This document shows, one piece after another, positions 50,567-59,697 of a DNA stretch of 64,000 nucleotides (within the stretch, counting starts at the first letter, position 1; each line of letters begins with the position of its first letter). Made by a program: the position numbers and the translations under genes. This DNA is from Aeromicrobium erythreum (GTDB taxonomy: Bacteria; Actinomycetota; Actinomycetes; Propionibacteriales; Nocardioidaceae): assembly GCA_036946185.1 (NCBI GenBank), contig JAQIJP010000018.1, positions 6,349 through 70,348 of the forward strand, written 5' to 3'. Below the pieces are notes generated by a model, which saw only the letters and a list, made by a program, of their open reading frames with translations, had not been told where the DNA came from and did not search any database.

Positions 50567-51403
50567 TCAGACCGAGCGAACGCGCTCCAGGATCGCGTCG
50601 GCGAGCGGGTCGGGCGCCTCGGTGGGGATCCAGTGCGAGACCCCCGGCAGCTCGACGAGCCGGTAGTCGGCCTGCACGAAGCGCTCGTTGCCGCCCAGGG
50701 ACTCGCGGCTCACGTAGAGGTCGCCGTCGCTCCAGACCATCGTCGTCGGGGCCTCGACCCGGGTCCCGCGGGTGCGGTCGGAGAACGGCATCGCCCGGTA
50801 CCAGCCGATCGCGCCGGGCAGGGCGCCGTCCTCGACGATGTCGTGCCGCACGCGGGCGATCGCGGCGCCGTCCATGCCGCCGGCGCGCATCCACGCCTCG
50901 GCCGGGCCACCCTTCCAGCGCGCCACGAGCTCGGGCAGCACGGGCACCTGGAACGCGAACATGTACCAGGACTTGAGCAGCTGCTTCGAGCCCTTGGCCG
51001 CGTGCATGAACGACGCCGGGTGCGGCACCGAGACGGCCGTCAGGGTGCGGACGAGCTCCGGCTTCGCGATCGCGAGCGACCACGCGACCATCGAGCCCCA
51101 GTCGTGCCCGACGACGTGGACGGGTCCGCCGACCTGCTCGACCAGGGCCGCGACGTCGTCGACGAGCAGCTCGACGCGGTAGTTCTTGCGACCGCGCGGG
51201 CGGGCGCCGGGGGAGTAGCCGCGCTGGTCCGGTGCGAGCGTCCGGTAGCCCTCGGCGTGCAGCCGCTCGGACACCGCCGCCCACGACGTCGCCCGCTCGG
51301 GGAACCCGTGCAGCAGGACGACGACCTCGCCGTCGATCGGGCCGGCGTCGACGACGTCGAACGTCAGGCCGTCGTGCCGGTAGGACGTGATGCGCTCGCT
51401 CAT
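50567..51403 (-). CDS. Alpha/beta hydrolase (epoxide hydrolase-like)
   Basis: LHGFP, DQRGYS, GHDWG, SHW. Confidence 0.92.
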   Translation of the reverse strand: MSERITSYRHDGLTFDVVDAGPIDGEVVVLLHGFPERATSWAAVSERLHAEGYRTLAPDQRGYSPGARPRGRKNYRVELLVDDVAALVEQVGGPVHVVGHDWGSMVAWSLAIAKPELVRTLTAVSVPHPASFMHAAKGSKQLLKSWYMFAFQVPVLPELVARWKGGPAEAWMRAGGMDGAAIARVRHDIVEDGALPGAIGWYRAMPFSDRTRGTRVEAPTTMVWSDGDLYVSRESLGGNERFVQADYRLVELPGVSHWIPTEAPDPLADAILERVRSV

Positions 51404-51446
51404 GCCCGCAGGATGGCACGCCGCCTCGGACGACCACCTCCCGGTT

Positions 51447-51495
51447 CGTGACCTTGTGGTCGCTTCAGCGCGCTCGAAGCGACCACATCGTCACG
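51447..51495. repeat. Intergenic palindrome / possible terminator
   Basis: CGTGAC..TGTGGTCGCTTC ... GAAGCGACCACA..GTCACG. Confidence 0.7.
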
Positions 51496-51500
51496 AGTCG

Positions 51501-52053
51501 TCAGGTCAGGTCCTCGACGCGGATGCTGTCGTAGTCGGTCGGCAGGTCGTCGGTGCTGCCGCAGGAGACCTCGCGGGTGTCGTCGACGTCGACGGACTTG
51601 CCGAGGCAGTCGGCGCTCGCGACCTCCTGGCCGCCGCTCAGGAACGTGATGGAGATCGACGGCGACGAGACGACGTTGCCCTGGTTGGTCGCCTCCAGGT
51701 CGGTGATCTGCAGGTCACCGAGCTCGTCGGCGGAGACCTTCCAGCCGGCCGCGTACCGGTAGCCGTCGATCTCGAACGCCGCGCCCTCCTGGACCGTCAC
51801 GGGCTTCGCGGGTCCGGAGGCCTTGCTGTTCTCGACGACGTTCTTGACGCCGTCGGCGGTCCGGCCGACCAGGTAGGCGATGCCGACGGCGCCCGCGACG
51901 ACGAGGACGGTGAAGAGGACCAGGACGTTGCGGACGGTGTGCTTCTTCCGCGGCGGCTTCCCACCGGTGTTCGGCACCCACGCGGTTGCCGTTCCAGCGG
52001 TAGCGCCCGTCGGGGCTGATCTGGCCGGTCGGCGACGGCTGCGGCGTGGACAT
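51501..52053 (-). pseudogene. Membrane-anchored hypothetical protein (DUF2510-like N-terminus) with a +1 frameshift at about 51986 (possibly a sequencing error)
   Basis: MSTPQPSPTGQISPDGRYRWNG is in one frame and TAWVPNTGGKPP...TM in another; they join if one base is removed. Confidence 0.7.
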
Positions 52054-52230
52054 CGGCTTCCCCCTGGGTCGGACGGTCGAGCGCGACCGATCGAACCAGG
52101 TCGGCGGTCGCGGCGGCAACTCCCGGTCGTGCGCGACCGATGTCCGATCTGGGCCTGTCCAAAACCGTCTTGACCGTCCGCGCGGTCCGGTGCAGGGTTC
52201 CTGCATCGACTGGCTGGATCGGGGGACGTC

Positions 52231-52746
52231 ATGGAGTCGTCGACGGATCTGTCGACTCGCGTGCGCGAGGCCGTGCGCGAGCGTCGGCTCGACCCACGCA
52301 CCCAGGTCGACGAGGTGCGCCGGCTCGCGCTCGACGCGGTCGCCGAGCACGAACGCCGTTCGCTGACCGGCGCGGTCCGGCCGCTCGACGAGCCCGAGCA
52401 CGTGGTCGGCCAGATCGTCGCCGACGTCAGCGGCTTCGGCCCGCTCCAGGCCTACCTGGACGACCCGACGGTCGAGGAGCTCTGGATCAACGCGCCCGAC
52501 CGCGTCTTCGTCGCGCGCCAGGGGGTCCACGAGCTGACCCCGACGGTGCTGACCGCCGAGCAGGTCCGCGACCTCGTCGAGCGGATGCTCCAGTCCTCCG
52601 GCCGTCGGCTCGACATCTCGCAGCCGTTCGTCGACGCGACCTTGCCGGGGGGCCACCGGCTGCACGTCGTGCTCGACGGGATCAGCCGCGGCTTCTCGGC
52701 GGTCAACGTCCGCAAGTTCGACAGACTCGCTGTTGACGTGGCTTGA
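52231..52746 (+). pseudogene. cpaF: 5' part of a CpaF/TadA pilus ATPase gene, interrupted after ...AVNVRKF
   Basis: GFGPLQAYLDDPTVEELWIN, RRLDISQPFVDATLPGGHRL, NVRKF; stops before any Walker A motif; composition changes at about 52720. Confidence 0.88.
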
Positions 52747-52761
52747 ACTGCATAAACGTGC

Positions 52762-53271
52762 TCACTCGGATTCCTCAGTCCGCATCGAGTCCGCATCAAT
52801 CAGACCTGCACCTGCCGCCGCTCGCCGGATGAAGGGTCTAGCCCGCGCATCGAGTCGCGCTAGTTCCGTCTCCAGTTGCCGCCACTGCGCGGCATTCGCC
52901 GGGACCAGTTCGAGGTAGTACTCAGTCGTCCCGTCGGGTCGCCTGTCTTTCTTCGCGCGCGATCCGATCGGCATGCCCCTCGTGATCCCTCCGCGCGAGG
53001 ACCCTACGACGCCCCAAGTCGAATGGATGAGTTGATGCCTTCTTTCCAGTGAGACCTCGCACTCTTGAAGCCACTGGGCCAGATCTACGGAGCCGGTGCT
53101 CTTGGCGGTCTTCGCGAGTTTTTCTCGGGCGACTGATGGTCGGGTCATGAGCTGTGTGACGTTGGCCTTGTTGCCGTCAAGAAGGACGTGCAGCATGCAT
53201 AGGCTGCTCTCAAGCGCTGTCGCGGCGATAGCGACGCGACCGATGGCTGCGTAGTGCTCTTCAGTCAGCAT
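52762..53271 (-). CDS. Hypothetical protein, HEPN-like
   Basis: AIGRVAIAATALE helix and an RxxxxH motif (RHQLIH); start overlaps the integrase 3' end. Confidence 0.6.
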   Translation of the reverse strand: MLTEEHYAAIGRVAIAATALESSLCMLHVLLDGNKANVTQLMTRPSVAREKLAKTAKSTGSVDLAQWLQECEVSLERRHQLIHSTWGVVGSSRGGITRGMPIGSRAKKDRRPDGTTEYYLELVPANAAQWRQLETELARLDARARPFIRRAAAGAGLIDADSMRTEESE

Positions 53272-54358
53272 GTCGGACCTCCGTCGCTGCTGCTCCAAGC
53301 ACGCTGTCGACGGCGGCCCGGGTCTGGTCGTCAGAGTCTGGCCAGAGGTGAGAGTAGGTGTCCAGGGTTTCCTTGGCGGACGCGTGGCCGAGCCGAGCCT
53401 GCACGACCTTCACGCTCTCGCCGTGACGGATGAGCAGTGAGGCGTAGTAGTGCCGCAGGTCGTGCAAGCGCGTGCCGGGTGGAGCGCCCGCCGTCGAGGC
53501 GGCAGCACGGAACGCTCGCGTGACGTAGTCGCGGTTCAGCATCGACCCGTCGGCGGCCGTGAACAGCATGTCGTGCTGGCCGGTGCCGTAGGTCTCCAGG
53601 TGCCGGGCGAGTGCGTCGATGACGACCTGGGGGAGCGGCACGCTCCGGTAGCCCGACTCCGACTTCGGGGGGCCCCGAACGTGTGCGGCCCGCGTCAGCA
53701 ACAGCTGCTGGTCGACGCGAAGGGTTCGGCGCAGGAAGTCCACGCGGTCTAGCACGAGGCCGGCGGCCTCGCCGGGGCGAAGGCCGGTCCCGGCCATCAG
53801 AGTGATGAGCGCGCGCCAGTGAGGCGGCATCGCGTCGGCCAACCGATGCACGACCCCGGTCTCCAGTGGCACGATCGTCGGCCGGCGGACCGAAGGCAGC
53901 TTCACGCCCTCGGCCGGGTTCACTCCGATGATGCGGTCGACGTGGGCAGCCTTGAAGACGGACCGAGCATGCTGGAACGTCACCCGGACGGTCGACGGGG
54001 CGAGCGACCGCGTCATGTCGTGAACCCAGGCCTCGAGCTCAGTGCGACGGATGTTGGCGATCGGACGATCCCCAAACCGCGGGAACGCGTGGACCCGGAG
54101 CGCGCTGTTCACGGCCGCGGTCGTGTTCGCGCGATGGATGCGGGTGGTCTGCCACTGCGTGGCGTACTCGCGGAACGTGATGCGTCCGGCCCTCGGGTCG
54201 ACGTAGGCGCCGGTCAATACTGAGGCCGTGACCTCGTCGAGCCAGCGCTGCGCGTCGACCTTGCGGTCGAAGTGACGGGCGTGCTCCTTGCCGGTGTCAT
54301 CGCGATACCTAGCGCGCCAACGGCCGTTGGGTCGCTTGGCGATGTTGCGGCTAGCCAT
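53261..54358 (-). CDS. int: Tyrosine recombinase / phage integrase
   Basis: Arm-binding WRARYRD; TGLRPGE, PKS, LHDLRHYYAS, LGHAS, TLDTYSHLW. Confidence 0.95.
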   Translation of the reverse strand: MASRNIAKRPNGRWRARYRDDTGKEHARHFDRKVDAQRWLDEVTASVLTGAYVDPRAGRITFREYATQWQTTRIHRANTTAAVNSALRVHAFPRFGDRPIANIRRTELEAWVHDMTRSLAPSTVRVTFQHARSVFKAAHVDRIIGVNPAEGVKLPSVRRPTIVPLETGVVHRLADAMPPHWRALITLMAGTGLRPGEAAGLVLDRVDFLRRTLRVDQQLLLTRAAHVRGPPKSESGYRSVPLPQVVIDALARHLETYGTGQHDMLFTAADGSMLNRDYVTRAFRAAASTAGAPPGTRLHDLRHYYASLLIRHGESVKVVQARLGHASAKETLDTYSHLWPDSDDQTRAAVDSVLGAAATEVRHAD

Positions 54359-55094
54359 CGTGATCACCGTGGCGCAGATGCTCAAGCAGTTCCAGGGCTT
54401 CCGGTGTCATCGCGCCGCCGCGCCGGCCGTGCCCGGAACTCGTAAAGAGGCGCGGATCGGACTTGTGACGTGCCCAGGTGAGGAGGTCCCGAAGAGAGGA
54501 CCGGCTGATACCGAGGTCGGCGGCTAGTTCGTCCATGGTCACATCGCTCGCGTAGGCGGCTTCGATCGCAGCGAGGGTCTCGAGCTTCTCTCGGAGCGAA
54601 AGCTTCGGGGGCCGGCCGACCTTCTGATTGCTCTCGAGCAGCATCGCCACCTGTGCTGGCTGGAGGCGCTCAGCCTGGCGGCTGCGGCTCACGGCCGAAC
54701 GGAGGCCGCGCAGCAGCTGTGACTCGGACGCTTCTTCGAAGACGTACCGCGGCATGCCTCTTCCGCTGGCTGCAGCAGGTGGCAAGCGATCGCCGCCGGT
54801 CATGTCGTCGAACATCAACCGGGCCAGCTGGGTGTGCATGACATCGCCTGCTGCGCCGGCCACGTCCTCGACTCGCCTGACGCGTAGATCGACGCAGGTG
54901 GGGTCGCCCGAAGCGTTAGGACGGAACAGGCTCACGACAATCCAGCCGGGATGTGGCTCGCGGCCGCCGGCTGACGGACTCGCCGTCGATTGGCGCTGAA
55001 TCCGAGCTCGTGCGGCTCGGTCGTAGACCAGCGCCCAGGCTCCGAGCATGTCGTCGGGCCCTTCCAAGTAGGTCGGAACAAGCGCGTCAGGCAT
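54351..55094 (-). CDS. Hypothetical regulator with a C-terminal HTH
   Basis: VGRPPK and TMDELAADLGISRSSLRDLL; coupled to int and divergent from the excisionase. Confidence 0.65.
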   Translation of the reverse strand: MPDALVPTYLEGPDDMLGAWALVYDRAARARIQRQSTASPSAGGREPHPGWIVVSLFRPNASGDPTCVDLRVRRVEDVAGAAGDVMHTQLARLMFDDMTGGDRLPPAAASGRGMPRYVFEEASESQLLRGLRSAVSRSRQAERLQPAQVAMLLESNQKVGRPPKLSLREKLETLAAIEAAYASDVTMDELAADLGISRSSLRDLLTWARHKSDPRLFTSSGHGRRGGAMTPEALELLEHLRHGDHDG

Positions 55095-55104
55095 GACGGG
55101 CCAG

Positions 55105-55174
55105 GAAATGTCGTGCGGTCATTTCTCAACTCTAGACATGAGTCGTGAAACTCGTCAACGGGAACACCCGTTGA
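55105..55174. promoter_or_regulatory. Divergent control region with inverted repeats
   Basis: GAAATG-N9-CATTTC (55105-55125); TCAACGGG-AACA-CCCGTTGA (55155-55174) abutting the RBS of the excisionase gene. Confidence 0.55.
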
Positions 55175-55187
55175 AAGGACCCGAATC

Positions 55188-55373
55188 ATGGCGGAGTACA
55201 TGACCACCGAAGAGGTGGCTGAGTTGGCGCGGACCAAGCCAGAGACCGTTCGCTACTGGCGGCACATCAGAAAGGGGCCGGCAAGCTTCAAGGTCGGCCG
55301 GCGTGTGCTGTACGCCAGAATCGACGTCGAGAAGTGGCTCGAGGACGCGCGAGCAGCGGCGGTGTCGGGGTGA
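55188..55373 (+). CDS. Excisionase/AlpA-like HTH protein
   Basis: YMTTEEVAE, TVRYWR, GPASFKVGRRVLY. Confidence 0.9.
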   Translation: MAEYMTTEEVAELARTKPETVRYWRHIRKGPASFKVGRRVLYARIDVEKWLEDARAAAVSG

Positions 55374-57274
55374 TCGAGACCGACGAAAGCCGCCCCGGCC
55401 AGGAGACCGAGGCGGCACAGACGTTTGGCGGCGTCGACAGCATCCTAGGCGAACCTCCTCGCTTGAAGGCGTACCTCGATGAGGACGAGGACCAGCTCTG
55501 GATCTGGTGCACGCACGAACGCCTCTGGCACCGGCACGGCCGAGGCGATGGCCACCGGACCGCGCACTGCCGTTGCGAGCACAGTCCCTACCACGCGGTC
55601 GGATACGAGTTGGTCGAGGTTGGGCCGCTGACCGATGAAGTCCTCGCGCAGCATCGAGAGACGAGCTGGATCGACGGCTGCCGCCCGAGGAACTGCCGCG
55701 TCCGTCGCCGAGAGGTGCGGGTCGCGCGACAGAGTCCGCACCTGCTGCCGGCGCCAGACGCTCCGCTCGAGGTAGCGAGGGCCGTCGCGCGCAGCTACGC
55801 AGACCCGACCTACATCGAGGACCTCGCGGCCGAGGACGACATGCTCGCCCTTTTCGACTCCCCGAACGCGCCTGCTTGGGTGCCGCGAGGTGCGATGCCG
55901 TACTCCGTGAGCATGCACGGCCAGCTGCCGCTGCGGTTCTGGCGCGGGCAGTGGATGCGGTGGCAGAAGAGTCACTGGAGCGAGCTCAGCGACGACTCCT
56001 TCAAGTCCGAGCTCTACGAGCTGCTTGGCGGCGCGTCCTTCGAGAAGACCAAGCCAGACGGCAGCAAGAAGGCGCTGCCGTGGAACCCGAACCGACGCAC
56101 CGTCTCCGAGCTGCTGGCGGCGCTGGAGGCGATCGCGCTCATCCCGCCAGAGGTGGATGCCCCGAGTTGGCTCACCCTGTCGGGATCGTCGCGGATGGTG
56201 GCGTGCGCGAATGGGCTGCTCGACCTGTCGACGCGCCAGCTCCACGACCATGACCCGGACTGGTTCAACCTCGTCGCCGTGCCCTTCGACTACGACGAGC
56301 ACGCCCCGCCGCCGGCGCGCTGGCTGCAGTTCCTGGACCAGCTCTGGCCGGGCGATCCGCACGCCATCGCCGCGCTGCAGGAGTGGTTCGGCTACGTCCT
56401 CTCGGGCCGCACGGACCTGCAGAAGCTCTTCCTGCTCATCGGTCCGCCGCGCTCGGGCAAGGGCACGATCGTGCGCATCCTGCAGGCGCTCGTCGGTCGC
56501 GGGAACTACACCGGACCGACGCTCAACTCCCTCGGCACCAACTTCGGCCTGCAGCCCCTGATCGGCAAGCCGCTCGCCGTCGTCGCCGACGCTCGCCTCA
56601 GCGGACGAGACACCCACGTCGTCGTCGAGCGCCTGCTGTCCATCAGCGGTGAGGACACGCTGACGATCGATCGCAAGTACCGAGATCCGTGGAGCGGCCG
56701 GCTCCCGACCCGGATCATGGTGCTGAGCAACGAGCTGCCCTACTTCGGCGACGCCTCGGGGGCGATCGCCACTCGGTTCATCGTCCTGACGCTCCAGACG
56801 TCGTGGCTCGGTCGCGAGAACATCGGACTCGAGCCGGAGCTCAAGGCTGAGCTCCCGGGGATCCTCTCGTGGGCACTCGATGGACTCGAGCGGCTCCAGG
56901 TCAACGAGCGATTCACCGAGGCGGCATCCGCCACCGATTCGGTCCTGGCCATGCACGACAGCGCCTCACCAATGTCAGCGTTCATCAGGGACCGGTGCGA
57001 GGTCGGCGCCGGCCACGAGGTGGCCGTTCGGACGCTGTTCGATGCGTGGCGCGGTTGGTGCCTCGACAACGGCCGGGACAAGCCAGGCAGCTTGCAGACC
57101 TTCGGCCGCTCGCTCCAGGCCGTGCTCCCGCAGGTCAAGGTCACGCGCCCGCGCGACGAGGCCGGCAATCAGGTGCGCACCTACACCGGTGTGCGTCTGA
57201 GTCGCCCTGAGTCGCGACACATCTCATTGTCAGCTCAGATCGCCCCTCAACTTCCCCTCGGAGGCTCCCAGTGA
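55370..57274 (+). CDS. P4/D5-family (SF3) helicase with a Cys/His-rich N-terminal domain
   Basis: ANGLLDL, LQEWFGY, Walker A GPPRSGKGT, ISGED, LSNELP; C-terminal winged-helix-like LFDAWRGWC. Confidence 0.88.
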   Translation: MIETDESRPGQETEAAQTFGGVDSILGEPPRLKAYLDEDEDQLWIWCTHERLWHRHGRGDGHRTAHCRCEHSPYHAVGYELVEVGPLTDEVLAQHRETSWIDGCRPRNCRVRRREVRVARQSPHLLPAPDAPLEVARAVARSYADPTYIEDLAAEDDMLALFDSPNAPAWVPRGAMPYSVSMHGQLPLRFWRGQWMRWQKSHWSELSDDSFKSELYELLGGASFEKTKPDGSKKALPWNPNRRTVSELLAALEAIALIPPEVDAPSWLTLSGSSRMVACANGLLDLSTRQLHDHDPDWFNLVAVPFDYDEHAPPPARWLQFLDQLWPGDPHAIAALQEWFGYVLSGRTDLQKLFLLIGPPRSGKGTIVRILQALVGRGNYTGPTLNSLGTNFGLQPLIGKPLAVVADARLSGRDTHVVVERLLSISGEDTLTIDRKYRDPWSGRLPTRIMVLSNELPYFGDASGAIATRFIVLTLQTSWLGRENIGLEPELKAELPGILSWALDGLERLQVNERFTEAASATDSVLAMHDSASPMSAFIRDRCEVGAGHEVAVRTLFDAWRGWCLDNGRDKPGSLQTFGRSLQAVLPQVKVTRPRDEAGNQVRTYTGVRLSRPESRHISLSAQIAPQLPLGGSQ

Positions 57275-57389
57275 CCAGGTTCAAGAGGTCTAGTACGGGA
57301 GACATTAGGAAAAGTCGCGTCTCAGAGCGGCTCAGGGGCGAGCCGCCGGCGAAGCAATGGGCGGCGAAGCAGCGATCGGCAGGCGCATC

Positions 57390-57683
57390 GTGAGCGACGA
57401 CTTCCGGCCACAGCGCCCCGTGCAGCCGCTTCACGAGCTGCTCAAGCACATCGCCGAGCTCGAGGCCGCCGGCCGGTCGGTGCCGTGCGTGAACCCGATC
57501 GTCGGGCACTACTGGCTGTCGGAGGACCGCGAGTTCCAGGCGGCGGCCGTGGCGGGTTGTCAGAGCTGCCCCGCGCTCCAGGCGTGCGCCGCGTACGTCG
57601 ACCGCAACCCCGAGCCCGGGGGCGTCTGGGCGGGCCGGCCCCCTGTGCATGGGACTCAGAGGAGGCGCGATGCCGACGGCTGA
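57390..57683 (+). CDS. WhiB family Fe-S regulator
   Basis: C..CQSCPALQAC and GGVWAG. Confidence 0.85.
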   Translation: MSDDFRPQRPVQPLHELLKHIAELEAAGRSVPCVNPIVGHYWLSEDREFQAAAVAGCQSCPALQACAAYVDRNPEPGGVWAGRPPVHGTQRRRDADG

Positions 57684-58077
57684 CGGCGCGTACCTGGTCC
57701 GCCCGGGCTCGGTCATCGTCGAGCCACACCTGGCGGGCTTCGCCTGGGACGCGGTGCGCCAGCACGCAGAGAGACGACGCCGCAACGGATCGCGCCTGCG
57801 ACCCGATGAGGAGGCCCTGCTGCAGGTCCTGCGACGGGCCGCCGGCGAGCACCTCCGCGCGACGCCGAACGGACATCGCGGACACGTTTCTCGGTCAGGC
57901 GCGGACATGGCCCCATCGTCAGAACTGACCACCAAGCAAGCCGCAGAGGAGCTCAACGTGAGCACACGCCACTACCGACGACTCGCCAACGCGGCGAACG
58001 TCAGCCCACTCGGCCGCAACCGGTGGCACCGCGACGACCACCTCGCGATCACCGCCCACTGGAAGGACGCCTCATGA
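57670..58077 (+). CDS. Hypothetical protein with a C-terminal HTH
   Basis: SD GGAGG; LTTKQAAEELNVSTRHYRRL. Confidence 0.75.
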   Translation: MPTADGAYLVRPGSVIVEPHLAGFAWDAVRQHAERRRRNGSRLRPDEEALLQVLRRAAGEHLRATPNGHRGHVSRSGADMAPSSELTTKQAAEELNVSTRHYRRLANAANVSPLGRNRWHRDDHLAITAHWKDAS

Positions 58078-58808
58078 CGATCACCCCCCTGCCCCCGATC
58101 AACGAGAACCCCCTGATCACCACCGCTCACCAGATCCGCCAGCAGTACACCGACGAGATCGCTGTGGCTCGCGCCCGAACCGACCTCGCCGACCTGCAGA
58201 AGGCCGAAGCGATCATCGACTTCTGGAGGCGCTGCCGCGACGCACTGCGCAAGGCCGAGGCCGAGCTCCGCCAGGAGTACCGAGACCAGCACGACGCCAT
58301 CAACGAGCTGTTCCCCTTCGGCCCCGACAACAGCGCGAGCAACCCGGCGGACCGCACCGTCATGCAGGAGGCCTTCCACCGCCAGCTCGACGTCGCACGC
58401 GAGGCGCAGACGCTCGCGGCCAACGACCCCTCACGTCGACAGTCGTTGCTCAACGACGCGGTCGCGTTCGACGACGACACGCTGCTGCGCGCGATCCTGA
58501 CCGCCGCCTCCCAGGCCCGCGACGACAAGTTCCTCCGCGGCTGGGCGAGCGGCCGGCCCGAGTTCGAGGGGCTGCTGCCGGAGCTGCTGCGCGTCCGTGA
58601 GTTCCTCATCGGCCTGTCCGCCGAGGCTCTCATCGCTCACCAGGTCTTCGCCCCGCTCGAGGAGCCGACGCGTGAGGTTGAGGACCTACCTCGCCTCGAA
58701 CGTGCACGTGACGCCGCCGAGGCCGAGATGGCAGCGCAGCGACGTGGTCGCCCGCAGGTCGTCGATCCCAACCTCCCGACGTTCGGGGTGGCCGGGGGAG
58801 TGCGCTGA
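58074..58808 (+). CDS. Hypothetical alpha-helical protein
   Basis: ATGA overlap, SD GAAGGA, GC3 bias. Confidence 0.75.
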   Translation: MTITPLPPINENPLITTAHQIRQQYTDEIAVARARTDLADLQKAEAIIDFWRRCRDALRKAEAELRQEYRDQHDAINELFPFGPDNSASNPADRTVMQEAFHRQLDVAREAQTLAANDPSRRQSLLNDAVAFDDDTLLRAILTAASQARDDKFLRGWASGRPEFEGLLPELLRVREFLIGLSAEALIAHQVFAPLEEPTREVEDLPRLERARDAAEAEMAAQRRGRPQVVDPNLPTFGVAGGVR

Positions 58809-59254
58809 TGGCGACGCGCGAGGCGAGTGGCCGTCCGCAGCCCAGCAACTGGCGCACCACCGAGCGCCGCATCCTCGAGCGCGACGAGTACCGCTGCTAC
58901 CTCGGCTCCCACGACGCGACCACGGTCGACCACATCGTGCCCGTTGCTCGAGGCGGCAGCCACGACGACGACAACCTGGCCGCCATCTGCCAGCCGTGCG
59001 CCGAAGATCGGGCATTCCTGGCGCACCGCGTCCCAGGCGGAGCTCTGACAGCCGTTGACCTTGCCCTGGTTGATCTTTGGAGTCGAGCCTGCGCTCGAGT
59101 GCTGACCGTGGCGGAGGTCCTCGACGAACACCGGAGACTCCTCGGCGGACGCGTTGACGCCGAGACCCCCTCCCCCCACCTCCGGCCGTGCGGTTCACCT
59201 AGCGGTGCAGATTCAGCTAGGTCTTCGGCCGCCGATTTTCTCGGAGACCGCTGA
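58808..59254 (+). CDS. HNH endonuclease-like protein
   Basis: ILERDEYRC, TVDHIVPVARGGS, DNLAAICQPC. Confidence 0.82.
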   Translation: MATREASGRPQPSNWRTTERRILERDEYRCYLGSHDATTVDHIVPVARGGSHDDDNLAAICQPCAEDRAFLAHRVPGGALTAVDLALVDLWSRACARVLTVAEVLDEHRRLLGGRVDAETPSPHLRPCGSPSGADSARSSAADFLGDR

Positions 59255-59256
59255 GC

Positions 59257-59697
59257 ATGCGTCTGTGCTCCGAATGTGACGAGAAGTTCGCCTGGTCCCG
59301 GCCTGAGGGGCAGCGCGGACGCCCGCCCGGATTCTGCTCGGACCGTTGCCGCGCTGCCGCGCGCGCTCGGCGACGGCGCAAGGGTCCAGCGCCTGTCGAG
59401 GTGCGCCGTGCGGGGTCCCGCAAGGGAGGCCAGGCCCGCTGGCAAGGCGTGCCCGCAGCCGAGCGGACGGCGGCCGCGCGTGCGGCAGCGCTGAGTCGGG
59501 GCACACCGGAACGCCGCGCTGAGATCGCAGCCCGCCAGGCCGAGCTCGCCCTCAGACGCCAGGCGCCGTGCCCGTTCTGCGGCGAACCGGTCGGAAGCGC
59601 CCGCCGGGTCACCTGCGCTCGAATCGACTGCACCCTGGCCCGCCGAGCTGAGCGAGCGCGCACCCGTCACGCGGCAGCGAGCGAGGCCCGGGCATGA
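59257..59697 (+). CDS. Basic double Zn-finger hypothetical protein
   Basis: CSEC...GRPPGFCSDRCR and CPFCG...TCARIDC. Confidence 0.65.
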   Translation: MRLCSECDEKFAWSRPEGQRGRPPGFCSDRCRAAARARRRRKGPAPVEVRRAGSRKGGQARWQGVPAAERTAAARAAALSRGTPERRAEIAARQAELALRRQAPCPFCGEPVGSARRVTCARIDCTLARRAERARTRHAAASEARA

